From: Candidatus Hermodarchaeota archaeon
GTDB lineage: Archaea; Asgardarchaeota; Heimdallarchaeia; Hodarchaeales; Hodarchaeaceae
Direction of reading: 5' to 3'
DNA length: 32,000 nt
NCBI GenBank assembly: GCA_048886185.1
Contig: JBHLKY010000002.1
Span: 232,359-264,358 of the forward strand
Under the pieces are notes generated by a model. It was not told the DNA's origin, made no database searches, and saw only the letters and a program-made list of their open reading frames with translations. How positions within the stretch are numbered: position 1 is the stretch's first letter; every line of letters starts with the position of its first letter. This document shows, piece by piece, positions 1-9,481 of the stretch. A program made the translations under genes and the position numbers.

Positions 1-2
1 GC

Positions 3-635
3 AGAATTATGGTAGGGTGTCGAATCTCCATTACAATAGGATTTGTTTCTGTTTCCATTGCTTTGGTAATCGGGGTCATTTTCGGCTCTATTTCTGGTTA
101 TTTTGGGAGTTGGGTAGACCACATCCTAATGAGGATTATAGATATTATGATGTCATTCCCTGCTTTCTTATTAGCTCTAATAATCATTGCAATCTTAGGA
201 CCAACACTTCAAAATGCAATGGTGGCTATTGGTATTGCACTAATTCCCGTGTATGCGCGATTAACTCGAGGACAAGTCATTTCAATAAAGGAAAACGACT
301 ATGTTGAGGCAGCAAGAATGGTGGGAGCCAGAGATTGGAGAATTATTATATGGCATATCTTACCTAATGCTATCGCTCCTCTTATTGTCCAATCTACCCT
401 CAACTTCGCTAGTGCAATCCTCTCTGCAGCCGCTTTAGGCTATCTAGGTCTTGGAGCTCAACCACCCACTCCAGAATGGGGTGTTATGCTTAACGATGGA
501 AGACATTACTTGTTGTCTGGAGCTCTTCACTTATCCTTGTTTCCTGGATTAGCTATTATGATCACTGTATTAGCCTTCAATTTAGTTGGGGACGGTATTA
601 GAGACGCTTTCGATCCTAGAATGGTGAGTGAATAA
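3..635 (+). CDS. dppC: Dipeptide/oligopeptide ABC transporter permease, DppC/OppC type (5' truncated by window edge)
   Basis: Frame is open to the window edge (RIMVGCRISITIG resembles ..GARISL..). EAA loop YVEAARMVGARDWRIIIWHILPN, LGLGAQPPTPEWG and C-terminal GDGIRDAFDP are typical of DppC. Confidence 0.93.
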   Translation, partial: RIMVGCRISITIGFVSVSIALVIGVIFGSISGYFGSWVDHILMRIIDIMMSFPAFLLALIIIAILGPTLQNAMVAIGIALIPVYARLTRGQVISIKENDYVEAARMVGARDWRIIIWHILPNAIAPLIVQSTLNFASAILSAAALGYLGLGAQPPTPEWGVMLNDGRHYLLSGALHLSLFPGLAIMITVLAFNLVGDGIRDAFDPRMVSE

Positions 636-1648
636 TGTCATTCATATCTTTCTTAATTAGGAGAATATTACTAGTCATTCCAGTCTTTTTTGCTGTATCT
701 TTTATTGTTTTTTTAATGATTCGTATGATTCCTGGTGATCCTGCCCTTCTCCTTGTCCCAGAAGACGCCCCACCAGAACAAGTGGATTATCTTCGTGAAA
801 GATGGGGATTAAATAAGCCTATTCATGAGCAGTATCTTACTTTCGTATCAAATCTTTTACGAGGAGATTTTGGAAAGTCAATTCGAACAGGTAGACCTGT
901 TATTGAGGAAATTATACCACGATTCAGGAATACCATATTCTTGGCGAGTTCAGCTTGTTTAATCGCTATAGTTGTTGGAGGAATTGCAGGAGTTATTTCT
1001 AGTACAAGACCTTACTCGAAGATTGACAATATTGCAATGATAGCAGCAATGATAGGAGTTTCTGCTCCAGCATTCTGGCTTGGCCTCATGTTGATGTGGC
1101 TGGTAGCTGTTGAATTAAAGGTTCTTCCTGCAGTTGGCACTGGTGATTATGGCCATCTTTTCTCTCTCATTCCAGGACTCTTCTATCCCCCTGGCTCAAC
1201 ATTATCAGAATTCCTCGATGAATTAACAAATTCTATTAGACATTTAATAATGCCAGCAGTCACTCTTTCAGCCTTTTTAATGGCTGTTCTTGCACGACAA
1301 ACACGTTCAGCAATGCTGGAAATCCTGGCTAGTGATTACATTAGAACAGCCCGAGCAAAAGGAGCATCTGATTCAAGAGTGATTTTTCGTCATACTCTAA
1401 AGAATGCGATGATCCCAGTTCTCACAGTAGCAGGAGTTGCTTTTGGTACAATGTTAGGTGGATCCATTGTTGTAGAAACTGTATTTGAATATAATGGCCT
1501 AGGACAATACATGATAGATTCAATTCACACTAGAGACTATCCTGTTATACAAGCTGTCATCCTTTGGTACGCTTTGATCTTTACAGGAGTCAACCTCTTA
1601 GTAGACATCATCTATGGATGGTTAGATCCACGAATAGTTTATGATTAA
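635..1648 (+). CDS. dppB: Dipeptide/oligopeptide ABC transporter permease, DppB/OppB type
   Basis: PGDPA N-terminal motif, GDFGKS, DYIRTARAKG EAA loop, RDYPVIQ, DIIYGWLDPRI C-terminus. Start overlaps the dppC stop (TAATG). Confidence 0.93.
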   Translation: MSFISFLIRRILLVIPVFFAVSFIVFLMIRMIPGDPALLLVPEDAPPEQVDYLRERWGLNKPIHEQYLTFVSNLLRGDFGKSIRTGRPVIEEIIPRFRNTIFLASSACLIAIVVGGIAGVISSTRPYSKIDNIAMIAAMIGVSAPAFWLGLMLMWLVAVELKVLPAVGTGDYGHLFSLIPGLFYPPGSTLSEFLDELTNSIRHLIMPAVTLSAFLMAVLARQTRSAMLEILASDYIRTARAKGASDSRVIFRHTLKNAMIPVLTVAGVAFGTMLGGSIVVETVFEYNGLGQYMIDSIHTRDYPVIQAVILWYALIFTGVNLLVDIIYGWLDPRIVYD

Positions 1649-1709
1649 ATAAGAATCAAATCAGGAATTTATCATCTCTCTGTACTTTAGGAGATTTAAT
1701 AGATTTGTA

Positions 1710-2795
1710 ATGGTGAAAAATATGATACCTAGGAATGAATATCTAAAGCTCTCTCGTGAAGAGAGATTTATTAAACTGGAATCTGCAGAAAACGAGAGAG
1801 CGGAAGAACTTTTCAAGAATAATCTAGTTGTTGACATGCATACCCACTTTTTTGGAAGTATTCACTTTGAATGGACTCCTGAAATTAGTCAGAGAGTTAA
1901 TCAAACAGGAATAGATGCAGGATTCGAAGCAGTACCGTGCTTAACTGAAGACTTTGCAGAGACCACAACCATTTTGGGAACTTACAAAAACATAGTCGAA
2001 AATGAACCTGGATTAGTCTCAGCATATACGGCCAGTGACATCAAAAATGCAAAGCAAGAGGGCAAACAGGCCGTACTCTATCAATTAGAACCCTGGAGTG
2101 GAAGAAGAAATCTGGATCTTGTCGAAGTAGCTTATGGCCTCGGGTTTCGGATGATCTTACTCACCTTCAATACTCGAACATACATAGGGGACGGCTGCGC
2201 GGAAAAAACAAACGCGGGACTCAGCTATTTGGGGTTGGAACTTGTCGAACGCTTAAACAAGACGGGAATCCTGATCGATTTGAGCCATTGTGGAGTCCAG
2301 ACTGCTCTGGATGCAATTGAACACTCGAAAGATCCCTGCCTTTTCAATCACACAGGAGCCCGAGTTTTAAATCCACCAGTTACTCGTTTAAGAACGAATG
2401 AAGAACTTTCAGCAATTGCAGAGAAGGGAGGGATGATTGGAATTTCCGCTATTCCCAACCAACTCTCTAGCAAACCAGAACAGAGTATTGAGGATCATCT
2501 GAATCATATTGATTATATTGTTAATTTGGTCGGTATCCACCATGTAATGATAGGTTTAGATAACGTATTTGGTGATCAGGTTGGGCACCACAGAGAAATG
2601 GATAAGGCAAGTGGAAGTCGAAATCTCCAGCGGGGAGGTAGAGCTTTAGCGGCCCCATACATATTTGGTTTGGAAGCTCCAGATGAATGGGAAAATATTG
2701 TAAGAGGTTTGGTAAAACACGGGTATTCTGATTCAGAAATTAAGAAAATAATTGGCGAAAACGCTCTAAAAATAATCGAGAAGGTTGTTGGGTAG
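1710..2795 (+). CDS. Membrane dipeptidase (peptidase M19, amidohydrolase fold)
   Basis: VDMH, GLSYLGLELVERLNKTGILIDLSH, FNHTG, IDYIVNLVGIHHVMIGLD and KIIGENALKI match renal-dipeptidase family motifs. Confidence 0.9.
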   Translation: MVKNMIPRNEYLKLSREERFIKLESAENERAEELFKNNLVVDMHTHFFGSIHFEWTPEISQRVNQTGIDAGFEAVPCLTEDFAETTTILGTYKNIVENEPGLVSAYTASDIKNAKQEGKQAVLYQLEPWSGRRNLDLVEVAYGLGFRMILLTFNTRTYIGDGCAEKTNAGLSYLGLELVERLNKTGILIDLSHCGVQTALDAIEHSKDPCLFNHTGARVLNPPVTRLRTNEELSAIAEKGGMIGISAIPNQLSSKPEQSIEDHLNHIDYIVNLVGIHHVMIGLDNVFGDQVGHHREMDKASGSRNLQRGGRALAAPYIFGLEAPDEWENIVRGLVKHGYSDSEIKKIIGENALKIIEKVVG

Positions 2796-2811
2796 AGATA
2801 GAATTCGGGTT

Positions 2812-4239
2812 ATGGTAATGACTGAAGCCAGTAAGGAATTGACTTTAGGGGAGAAGTTTGCAGAATTTGTTCTTGAAACAAATTATAATCACATACCAAA
2901 ATCAGCGATTACTAGGGCAAAAAGCGTTATTTTTGATTTTGCAGGAATTGCTTTAGCTGGATATGGCACACGACATCCTTTGATAACAAGTGTTTTAAGT
3001 TATGCTCGTTCTAAGGCAGCGAAAGAAGAAGCAACAATTCTAGGTGCGGGATTAAGAACCAGTGCTGAAGACGCAGCCTTTACGAACAGTGTACTGTCTA
3101 ATTTTTTGGATTCCAGTGATGGACACTATATGGGAGGTCATATCAATGATCGCGTGGTTCCAGTAGCTCTTTCGGTAGCTGAGAGTGTTGGAGCTAGCGG
3201 GAAAGACCTCTTAACAGCTGTTGTTCTTGGGTATGAAGCTTATATAAGAATGGCATACGTTCTTTTTAGGACAGCGGAAGCTGCATCAACAAAGAGAAGC
3301 CCTATGTTTGTCGTGTTATCGACACTTTCAGGTGTTGCACCTGCTGGGAAACTCCTAAAATTAAATCCTGAACAAATAGCAGGTGCAATGGGACTAGCTG
3401 CATCAGCACAGATTGTGAGTTCACAGTATACGATAAGTGGTGGTAATGAGAAGGATCTAGTTTGCGGCCAGGAATCCAGACGAGCTGTGATGGCGGCTTT
3501 CTTAGCAAAACATGGTATTTTAGGCTCCAAGGATATATTAGAGGGGAAAAGAGCTGTTGGAAAAGTTATCTCCGAGAGTTGTAATTGGGATGAGTTCTTG
3601 GAGGATTTGGGAACAGATAAAGGTTTCAAGATAGAGGAAGGTTATTTTAAGCCGTGGCCAGCATGTAAGTTCTTACACTCTACTATTGAAGCAGCATTAA
3701 ATTTGGTTCGTGATGAACAGGTGAAAACAGAACACATTGACGAAGTAATAATCAAATTAAATTCTGACTCTGCAAGAAGGTCTGCATTCAAGTTTTACTC
3801 TCACGTAAATGCTATTTTCAGTCATCCATATCAAGCAGTCACAGTTCTAGTGGATGGTACACCTGACCTTCCCATTAAATGGCCAGAAAAGTTGCAGGAT
3901 CCACGAATTGTAAAACTTTTAGAAAGAACAACTGTGGAAGTAGACGAGGAGTTCGAAAGAATGTATGAGGAAAGAACAATAGAAAGTGGTACTTGGCCGT
4001 CCACAGTAGGCGTCAAATTAAAGGATGGACGATATTTAGAGTCAACAGTGATTTCGCCAAAGGGAGATCCCACAGTTCCTATGTCAGATGAAGACCTCAA
4101 AATAAAAACAGGAGAACTATCACGGGGCGTATTAGATCGCAATCAGATAGAGAAGATATACGAGGCAGTTCAAAATCTTGACCAAGTCAAGGATATTGGA
4201 TCTTTTGTCAAAAACTTGGTTTTAAAAGACGAATTTTAG
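2812..4239 (+). CDS. MmgE/PrpD family protein
   Basis: AAFTNSVLSNFLDSSDGH..GH, AVVLGYE, AMGLAAS, KPWPAC and FSHPY fit the family. Start moved from the overlapping TTG (2785) to ATG 2812 (2818 also possible). Confidence 0.88.
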   Translation: MVMTEASKELTLGEKFAEFVLETNYNHIPKSAITRAKSVIFDFAGIALAGYGTRHPLITSVLSYARSKAAKEEATILGAGLRTSAEDAAFTNSVLSNFLDSSDGHYMGGHINDRVVPVALSVAESVGASGKDLLTAVVLGYEAYIRMAYVLFRTAEAASTKRSPMFVVLSTLSGVAPAGKLLKLNPEQIAGAMGLAASAQIVSSQYTISGGNEKDLVCGQESRRAVMAAFLAKHGILGSKDILEGKRAVGKVISESCNWDEFLEDLGTDKGFKIEEGYFKPWPACKFLHSTIEAALNLVRDEQVKTEHIDEVIIKLNSDSARRSAFKFYSHVNAIFSHPYQAVTVLVDGTPDLPIKWPEKLQDPRIVKLLERTTVEVDEEFERMYEERTIESGTWPSTVGVKLKDGRYLESTVISPKGDPTVPMSDEDLKIKTGELSRGVLDRNQIEKIYEAVQNLDQVKDIGSFVKNLVLKDEF

Positions 4240-4253
4240 AGAGGAACAGAATT

Positions 4254-5207
4254 TTGAAACCACTAACAGATATCTTTGTATCAAATTTAAGGCAATGCGC
4301 TGATCTTCAATCTGGAGAATCGGTTTTAGTATTGTCAGACTTCGGACAGGCCCCTGAAATTTCAATGGCTGCAGTAAAAGCTATAGAAAGACTTGAAGGA
4401 AAACCACTACTCCTTATAATGGAAAAAAATCGCTTAATAGAGAAAACCATACCTGAATCCTATCAAAAGATCATGAATGAAGCTGATTTAATTGTACTCT
4501 GCACTTCAGACTATTTTCCAAGTGATTCCCGTGTTATAGCTGCAAAAGCTGGTGCCCGAGTTCTTTCTATGGTTAAAGCAGATGAAAGCATGATTAGACG
4601 ATGTATAGATATTGACTATGATGAGCTCTCAAAGCTTACACGAAATATAGCTGATAGATTCTCTAAAGCGAGGGAAGTTGAGATCAAAAGTGATGCTGGA
4701 ACAGACATTAATTTTACACTGAGTGGAAATAAAGCTGTTTACTTCGATGGACTTTGTAGGGAAAAGGGCAAGATCACATCACATCCTTCAGGTGTAGTAG
4801 CTGTTCCCTTGGAAGGAAAACAAGCAGAAGGAACTTGGATCATAAATGCTAGCGCGGCCAAATTAGGTTTAATTGATCCACCAATAATCATAGAGGTGAC
4901 TGAAGGAGTAGCAAACATAGTAAGTGACTCAGAACAGGCAAATAAATTCCGCAAAATTTTATCTGAAGGTGATGATAACTCATGGAAGATCTGTGAGGTT
5001 GGATGTGGAACAAACGCTAAAGCCACATATATTGGTGAATTGATTGAAGACGAAAGAGTCCTAGGATCTGCTCATATCGGACTTGGAGGGAATACTCACT
5101 TTGGAGGGAATATACAAAGCGTTACACACATTGATACATCTACAAGGAATCCTACCGTTATGTTAGATGGAAATGAAATTATTTCCAATGGAAATTTGAC
5201 TCTCTAG
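4254..5207 (+). CDS. Peptidase M29/aminopeptidase T-fold metalloprotein (leucyl aminopeptidase-like or NicX-like)
   Basis: GTDINF, CEVGCGTN, EDERVLGSAHIGLG and THID motifs. The first metal-binding Glu appears absent (HPSGVV). Confidence 0.8.
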   Translation: MKPLTDIFVSNLRQCADLQSGESVLVLSDFGQAPEISMAAVKAIERLEGKPLLLIMEKNRLIEKTIPESYQKIMNEADLIVLCTSDYFPSDSRVIAAKAGARVLSMVKADESMIRRCIDIDYDELSKLTRNIADRFSKAREVEIKSDAGTDINFTLSGNKAVYFDGLCREKGKITSHPSGVVAVPLEGKQAEGTWIINASAAKLGLIDPPIIIEVTEGVANIVSDSEQANKFRKILSEGDDNSWKICEVGCGTNAKATYIGELIEDERVLGSAHIGLGGNTHFGGNIQSVTHIDTSTRNPTVMLDGNEIISNGNLTL

Positions 5208-5267
5208 TTGAATATCTCTCCATTTATCTTCAGAATGAGATTTTTGAAGATTCTCAACTGTGAATAC

Positions 5268-6272
5268 TTATCCTAAAGAATGCACTGGACAATGATTCTT
5301 CTCCCAGGTGCCCGCCAATTCGGTTAATGTGAGGTATTTGGGATCATAAGTGGTATCTAGAAGGTTGATCAGCTGTTTCATTAGATCAACAGCTCCTTGA
5401 CCTATGTTTTTTTCTAATTCTCGGTGGCCAACCTTTTGCATCTCTGTGAACTCCCATATTGATGATTTAAACGCAAAAATTGTTGGAGCATTTTTTGGAG
5501 TTTGTTTCGCAACACGCTCGAGAAGAGCCTCAACTCGTTTCATCCCTAGGGTTCTACATGTAAGCATTGAAAAGGTCCTATGCATAACCATCATGCTATT
5601 TGATATCTCAGGATGAGGATCACAGCTCATGGGGATCTCTAAAAGCCTTAATGATTCTTTTTGTTCTTCTAGATCCAAATTGAATGAATTTTCCTGTTCA
5701 CCAGCCATTTTGTGGATATAAGGATGATGAGGAGGTCTCCAATCCCAATATTTCCAGTGTGGGATTGAAATATCCACTAAATATCCTAAATTATCTAAAT
5801 ACTTGAGAACTTCCCAATCGACTGTGGTATAAGGCATCTTAAAAGATAAAGGTTGCTTGCCAAAAAAATTCTTAATCTGCGATGTGCTTTTATCAATGAT
5901 TTCAAAAGCAGTTTCTCTGTTATTGAAAGGAAGTGGATCAAAGCCTTCGAATATCTGAAGATCCATTGTATTGTCCTTTAACTTGAAACCTACATTCTCG
6001 TATTCAGCAACAGGAAGCCGTAGCGAGGATAGATAAAGCTCATGATTGTATCCATGGCAGCCTACTTCATGATTGTTAGAGACACATTGTTTCATAGCTT
6101 TTTCTCTATCCTCGATAAGTTTCGTCGCAAGCATCCATGTAACGTTAATTCCTTGATCTTTAAAAATATCCAAAAGAATGGGAAGGCCTTTGTCAATTCC
6201 ATTGTATTGTGGTGGCATTGCACCTAGATCTCGTTCAAGATCCACAGTCAGACATATAAGAACATCTTTCAT
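5268..6272 (-). CDS. Polysaccharide deacetylase (NodB/CE4) family protein
   Basis: TVDLE motif 1, EVGCHGYNH motif 2, degenerate motif 3 (SFKMPY), LLEIPMS. The usual HPWE motif reads SIWE. Confidence 0.78.
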   Translation of the reverse strand: MKDVLICLTVDLERDLGAMPPQYNGIDKGLPILLDIFKDQGINVTWMLATKLIEDREKAMKQCVSNNHEVGCHGYNHELYLSSLRLPVAEYENVGFKLKDNTMDLQIFEGFDPLPFNNRETAFEIIDKSTSQIKNFFGKQPLSFKMPYTTVDWEVLKYLDNLGYLVDISIPHWKYWDWRPPHHPYIHKMAGEQENSFNLDLEEQKESLRLLEIPMSCDPHPEISNSMMVMHRTFSMLTCRTLGMKRVEALLERVAKQTPKNAPTIFAFKSSIWEFTEMQKVGHRELEKNIGQGAVDLMKQLINLLDTTYDPKYLTLTELAGTWEKNHCPVHSLG

Positions 6273-6275
6273 AGC

Positions 6276-6761
6276 TTATTCACCTTTGAAAGGACCAGTA
6301 ACTTCATCAAAGATGGATTCCATCACAATGAAGATTTGATAACTATGTATGTCTTCTTTACTGGATATTTCCTGAATGAATCCTTTAAGGTTGTCCAAAT
6401 CTTCCATACGGACTTTTAACATTACGTTACATGGTCCATTTGTAAGATATATCTCATGAACTTCCTTTCGGTGTGTTAGCACTTTAATTAATCCTTGGAC
6501 TTTTGCTGTTGGCACATTGAGACCTAATAACGCGCAAATCTTCTTTCCGAGTTTCTTATAGTCAATGCCAATTGTAAAGTTCTTAATAACTCCTTTTTCT
6601 TCCAAATTTTTTACACGAGAATAAATTGTTGGAAGAGAAACATCAACCTCTTCTGACAATTTCTTGGCAGGAATTCTGGAATTAGTCTTTAAGAGCTTTA
6701 GAATTAGTGTATCTTTAGGATTTAGCGTTGTTATCACCTTTTTTTTCCTTTTTGAAACCAA
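6276..6761 (-). CDS. Lrp/AsnC family transcriptional regulator
   Basis: N-terminal HTH (ILKLLKTNSRIPAKKLSEEVDVSLPTIYSRVKNLEEKGVI) plus RAM domain. Stop lies 3 bp before the deacetylase start. Confidence 0.92.
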   Translation of the reverse strand: MVSKRKKKVITTLNPKDTLILKLLKTNSRIPAKKLSEEVDVSLPTIYSRVKNLEEKGVIKNFTIGIDYKKLGKKICALLGLNVPTAKVQGLIKVLTHRKEVHEIYLTNGPCNVMLKVRMEDLDNLKGFIQEISSKEDIHSYQIFIVMESIFDEVTGPFKGE

Positions 6762-6859
6762 TCACTACAAAGAACACCAAAGGATATATTGTTAATATTC
6801 TAGAGTCTGGAATAAGCTCTGGTTGAAACCAATGAAAAATCTTACTAAATCAAAGTTAT

Positions 6860-7273
6860 CTATAGTCTTAGTGTAACAATTTTGGAAGGTTTTAAACCTA
6901 TCACGACGAATTTTCTATCTGTTGGATCTCCCTGTTGGGGATATTTTTTCCCTCTAATTGAGTGATGTCTTAGAACTTCCTTTTTATCCTCAATGAGAAT
7001 GGTTTTTCCTTTACCCATACAGTATTTAAGCTGACTCCAGTCTTCATCATAGTAATCTACCAGAATTGCTGCTTCTGGATTTCTACGAAGATTTCTTACA
7101 GTTTTTGTTTCAGGTCTCGTTAGAATATAGAACATATCGCCTTGAATCCAATAACAGAATGGAGCAAGGCAGGGTGAACCATCTTTGTCTACAGTTGCAA
7201 TTCGTAATATCCTTCCTTCTTCGAGGAATTTCAATGCACTATTACTAATGTCTACCATTCTTAATTTCTCCAT
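6860..7273 (-). CDS. Pyridoxamine 5'-phosphate oxidase-like split-barrel flavin-binding protein
   Basis: RIATVDKDGSP..P, KTVRNLRRNPEAAILVD and length of about 135 aa match the family. Confidence 0.85.
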   Translation of the reverse strand: MEKLRMVDISNSALKFLEEGRILRIATVDKDGSPCLAPFCYWIQGDMFYILTRPETKTVRNLRRNPEAAILVDYYDEDWSQLKYCMGKGKTILIEDKKEVLRHHSIRGKKYPQQGDPTDRKFVVIGLKPSKIVTLRL

Positions 7274-7558
7274 TACAATTGGTAAATTCCTTACACAAAG
7301 TTTTGTATATAGCTTAGAACGGCCATTTCAGAGCTCTAGATGAAATCTCTGTCAGAATTATCAATTTTATTATGTGGATCGTTGTTTTGTTTCCTTTACT
7401 CTAATTTGATGAAGTATTGATATTTGTATAAAAAATTCATTAAAAAACTTTATATTTTTTAAGAAAATCAACAAATTTTAGTAAAATTTTCAGGTTGATA
7501 GGTTTTATTGGTAAGTAACATTTTTTTTTGCCTGCATGGCTATCTGAACGGGCTGCAA

Positions 7559-7914
7559 GTGATAGAAGTGCTACAATACCAAATTAGCTAAGCAATAAGG
7601 AAAATTAAGGTATAGAAGATGTTTTGAATCACATAGTCTATATTGTTAACTTGATTGGGGTAGATCACTTAGGTATTAGATCCGATAATATTTTTGGTGA
7701 CCATGTAGGGCTTCTTCGACAAGCAACACAAAACGTTTACTGTCTGGCTGCCCTTAGAATGGAACTAAACTCACCATACATGTACGGGATTGAGACTCCA
7801 GAAGAGTGGCCCAATATTACGAAAGGACTTGTTTCTAGAGGTTATTCTGATCAGGAAATAGAAAAAATTTTAGGAACTAACGCTCTCAAACTTATAGAAA
7901 GAGTCATTGGGTAG
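7559..7914 (+). pseudogene. C-terminal remnant of a second M19 membrane dipeptidase
   Basis: Frame reads TIPN*LSNKEN*GIEDVLNHIVYIVNLIG...ALKLIERVIG and aligns to SAIPNQLSSKPEQSIEDHLNHIDY... of 1710..2795. Stops TAG 7585-7587 and TAA 7606-7608. No N-terminal two-thirds. Confidence 0.85.
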
Positions 7915-8028
7915 CTATCAAAAGAATTGGAACATCCTAGGGACAATAAAAGTAGGATTTAAAAAGAAAAAAATACAGTAAGCTTGCATGATTTACTATT
8001 ATAAATGTACCAATTGAAGAGGTTTTAA

Positions 8029-8631
8029 ATGGAAAAAATAAGTTCAGAAGCATATGTACTTCATACTCAAAGCCATACTGCCCTATTAACGTCAACTCGA
8101 TTAATTCTAGTAGACACAGCAATGGAAGAATCGGCAGAAACGCTTCTAGCAGAGATAAAAAAATGTGGGTATCTACCAAAAGACATTGAAACAATTATAA
8201 TAACTCATTCACATATTGATCATATCGGAGGCCTCGCTACAGCTAAATCCCATATGGAATCTGCTCGGATTGCGTGTCATAAGATTGAGGTAGATTCTAT
8301 TACTCAACAAGTGGTCACGTCATTTGATGATTTATTAAAAGATGGACAAATATATCAGGGATTATTAGTAATCCATACTCCTGGTCATACAAAAGGAAAT
8401 ATTTCATTATTAGACCAAGAAGCAAATTTATTAATAGTTGGAGATAGTTTTAGGACTGAAGAAGGAACAGTTCATCCTATGCCTGATAATTATAATCAAG
8501 ATCCAGAAGAACATCGAAAATCGATGAGAAAACTGTTAGATTACCAATTTGACAAAGCCATTGTAGCGCATGGACATCCAATCCACTCAGCAGCACATAA
8601 ATTGCTAGAAAAAGCTACTGAAAGCATCTGA
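8029..8631 (+). CDS. MBL-fold metallo-hydrolase
   Basis: THSHIDHIGG (HxHxDH), HTPGHT, GD and AHG motifs. GAGG upstream of the ATG. Confidence 0.9.
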   Translation: MEKISSEAYVLHTQSHTALLTSTRLILVDTAMEESAETLLAEIKKCGYLPKDIETIIITHSHIDHIGGLATAKSHMESARIACHKIEVDSITQQVVTSFDDLLKDGQIYQGLLVIHTPGHTKGNISLLDQEANLLIVGDSFRTEEGTVHPMPDNYNQDPEEHRKSMRKLLDYQFDKAIVAHGHPIHSAAHKLLEKATESI

Positions 8632-8639
8632 TAATTTCT

Positions 8640-8669
8640 TGATTTAAAAATCTTAAATCAGACTGATTT
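8640..8669. terminator. Inverted repeats between convergent genes, candidate bidirectional terminator
   Basis: TGATTTAA-aaatc-TTAAATCA (8640-8660) overlaps AAATCAG-a-CTGATTT (8655-8669) in the 45 bp gap between convergent stops. Confidence 0.4.
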
Positions 8670-8676
8670 CACCTTT

Positions 8677-9279
8677 TTAAACGATAAATGGAATGAATCG
8701 CTTAGTTCTTTTCATATACTGGATGTATTCATCCCCAAATTTTCCAATCATTACCTCCTCTTCTTTCTTGATTCTGAGAATGATTACTACGATTGTAGCA
8801 ATAAATGGTAATCCAAAATACCAGTTTGCTGCCAATAGGGACATTCCTACACCTGCAGTGATTAGAGCGGTATACATTGGATGTCTAATGTAACGATATG
8901 GGCCTTTAGTTATCAAAGACTGTTCCTCACGGATATATAGTAAAGTTGAGTAGTTTCTACCCAAATAAAGTTGCGTAGAAAAATCAAGACACATCCCTAA
9001 TATTGTAAGAATTATACCTATCCATCTTATCCATGATGGAAGAGAAAAAGCTGACCAGTATAAAAAATATGGATTTATAATAAAAAAGAAAGATCCTAGT
9101 ACCCATAACTGAGCAATTATTAAAACTATTACTAGTAATAGCATAGAGGCTTTCTTCGCTTTATATTTAGCTAATTCCCCTGATAACCTCATTGCCTTTG
9201 ATTGAAAATAACCCCGTTCGAGTAAAAAGACTATAAGACAAACGCTAAACAAGAAATGTAATAATTCATTTTCTTCCAA
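8677..9279 (-). CDS. Isoprenylcysteine carboxylmethyltransferase (ICMT/STE14/PEMT-like) family membrane methyltransferase
   Basis: Several TM helices, then LITKGPYRYIRHPMY and RIKKEEEVMIGKFGDEYIQYMKRTKRFIP. GAGGAG upstream of the TTG start. Confidence 0.88.
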   Translation of the reverse strand: MEENELLHFLFSVCLIVFLLERGYFQSKAMRLSGELAKYKAKKASMLLLVIVLIIAQLWVLGSFFFIINPYFLYWSAFSLPSWIRWIGIILTILGMCLDFSTQLYLGRNYSTLLYIREEQSLITKGPYRYIRHPMYTALITAGVGMSLLAANWYFGLPFIATIVVIILRIKKEEEVMIGKFGDEYIQYMKRTKRFIPFIV

Positions 9280-9481
9280 GAAGGATTTCTCCTCGGGTAG
9301 CTGGAAAAAATTGTCTCATCTTTTTAACTATGACTGTAAAGAAATTATATGTCAATCGTGTGTTAACCAATCCTATAGATTAATTAGATATTCACAATTC
9401 TTCAATGGGAAAAGTAAATCTCAATTACGTTTGTTGAGAGAATTGTTATACTTCGATTTAGTATTAAAACAATACAAAGTA

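Noticed and set aside
3240-4142. Antisense ORFs inside MmgE/PrpD, and similar shadow ORFs elsewhere (17..307, 4739, 5404, 6042, 10079, 11368, 21164, 21539, 26689, 28666-29439, 30292)
   Set aside because: They overlap well-supported genes and carry no recognisable motifs.
7585-7608. TAA/TAG read as Gln (alternative genetic code)
   Set aside because: Neighbouring genes end normally at TAA/TAG, the fragment lacks its 5' two-thirds, and the stop in the other pseudogene (29681) is not at a Gln position.
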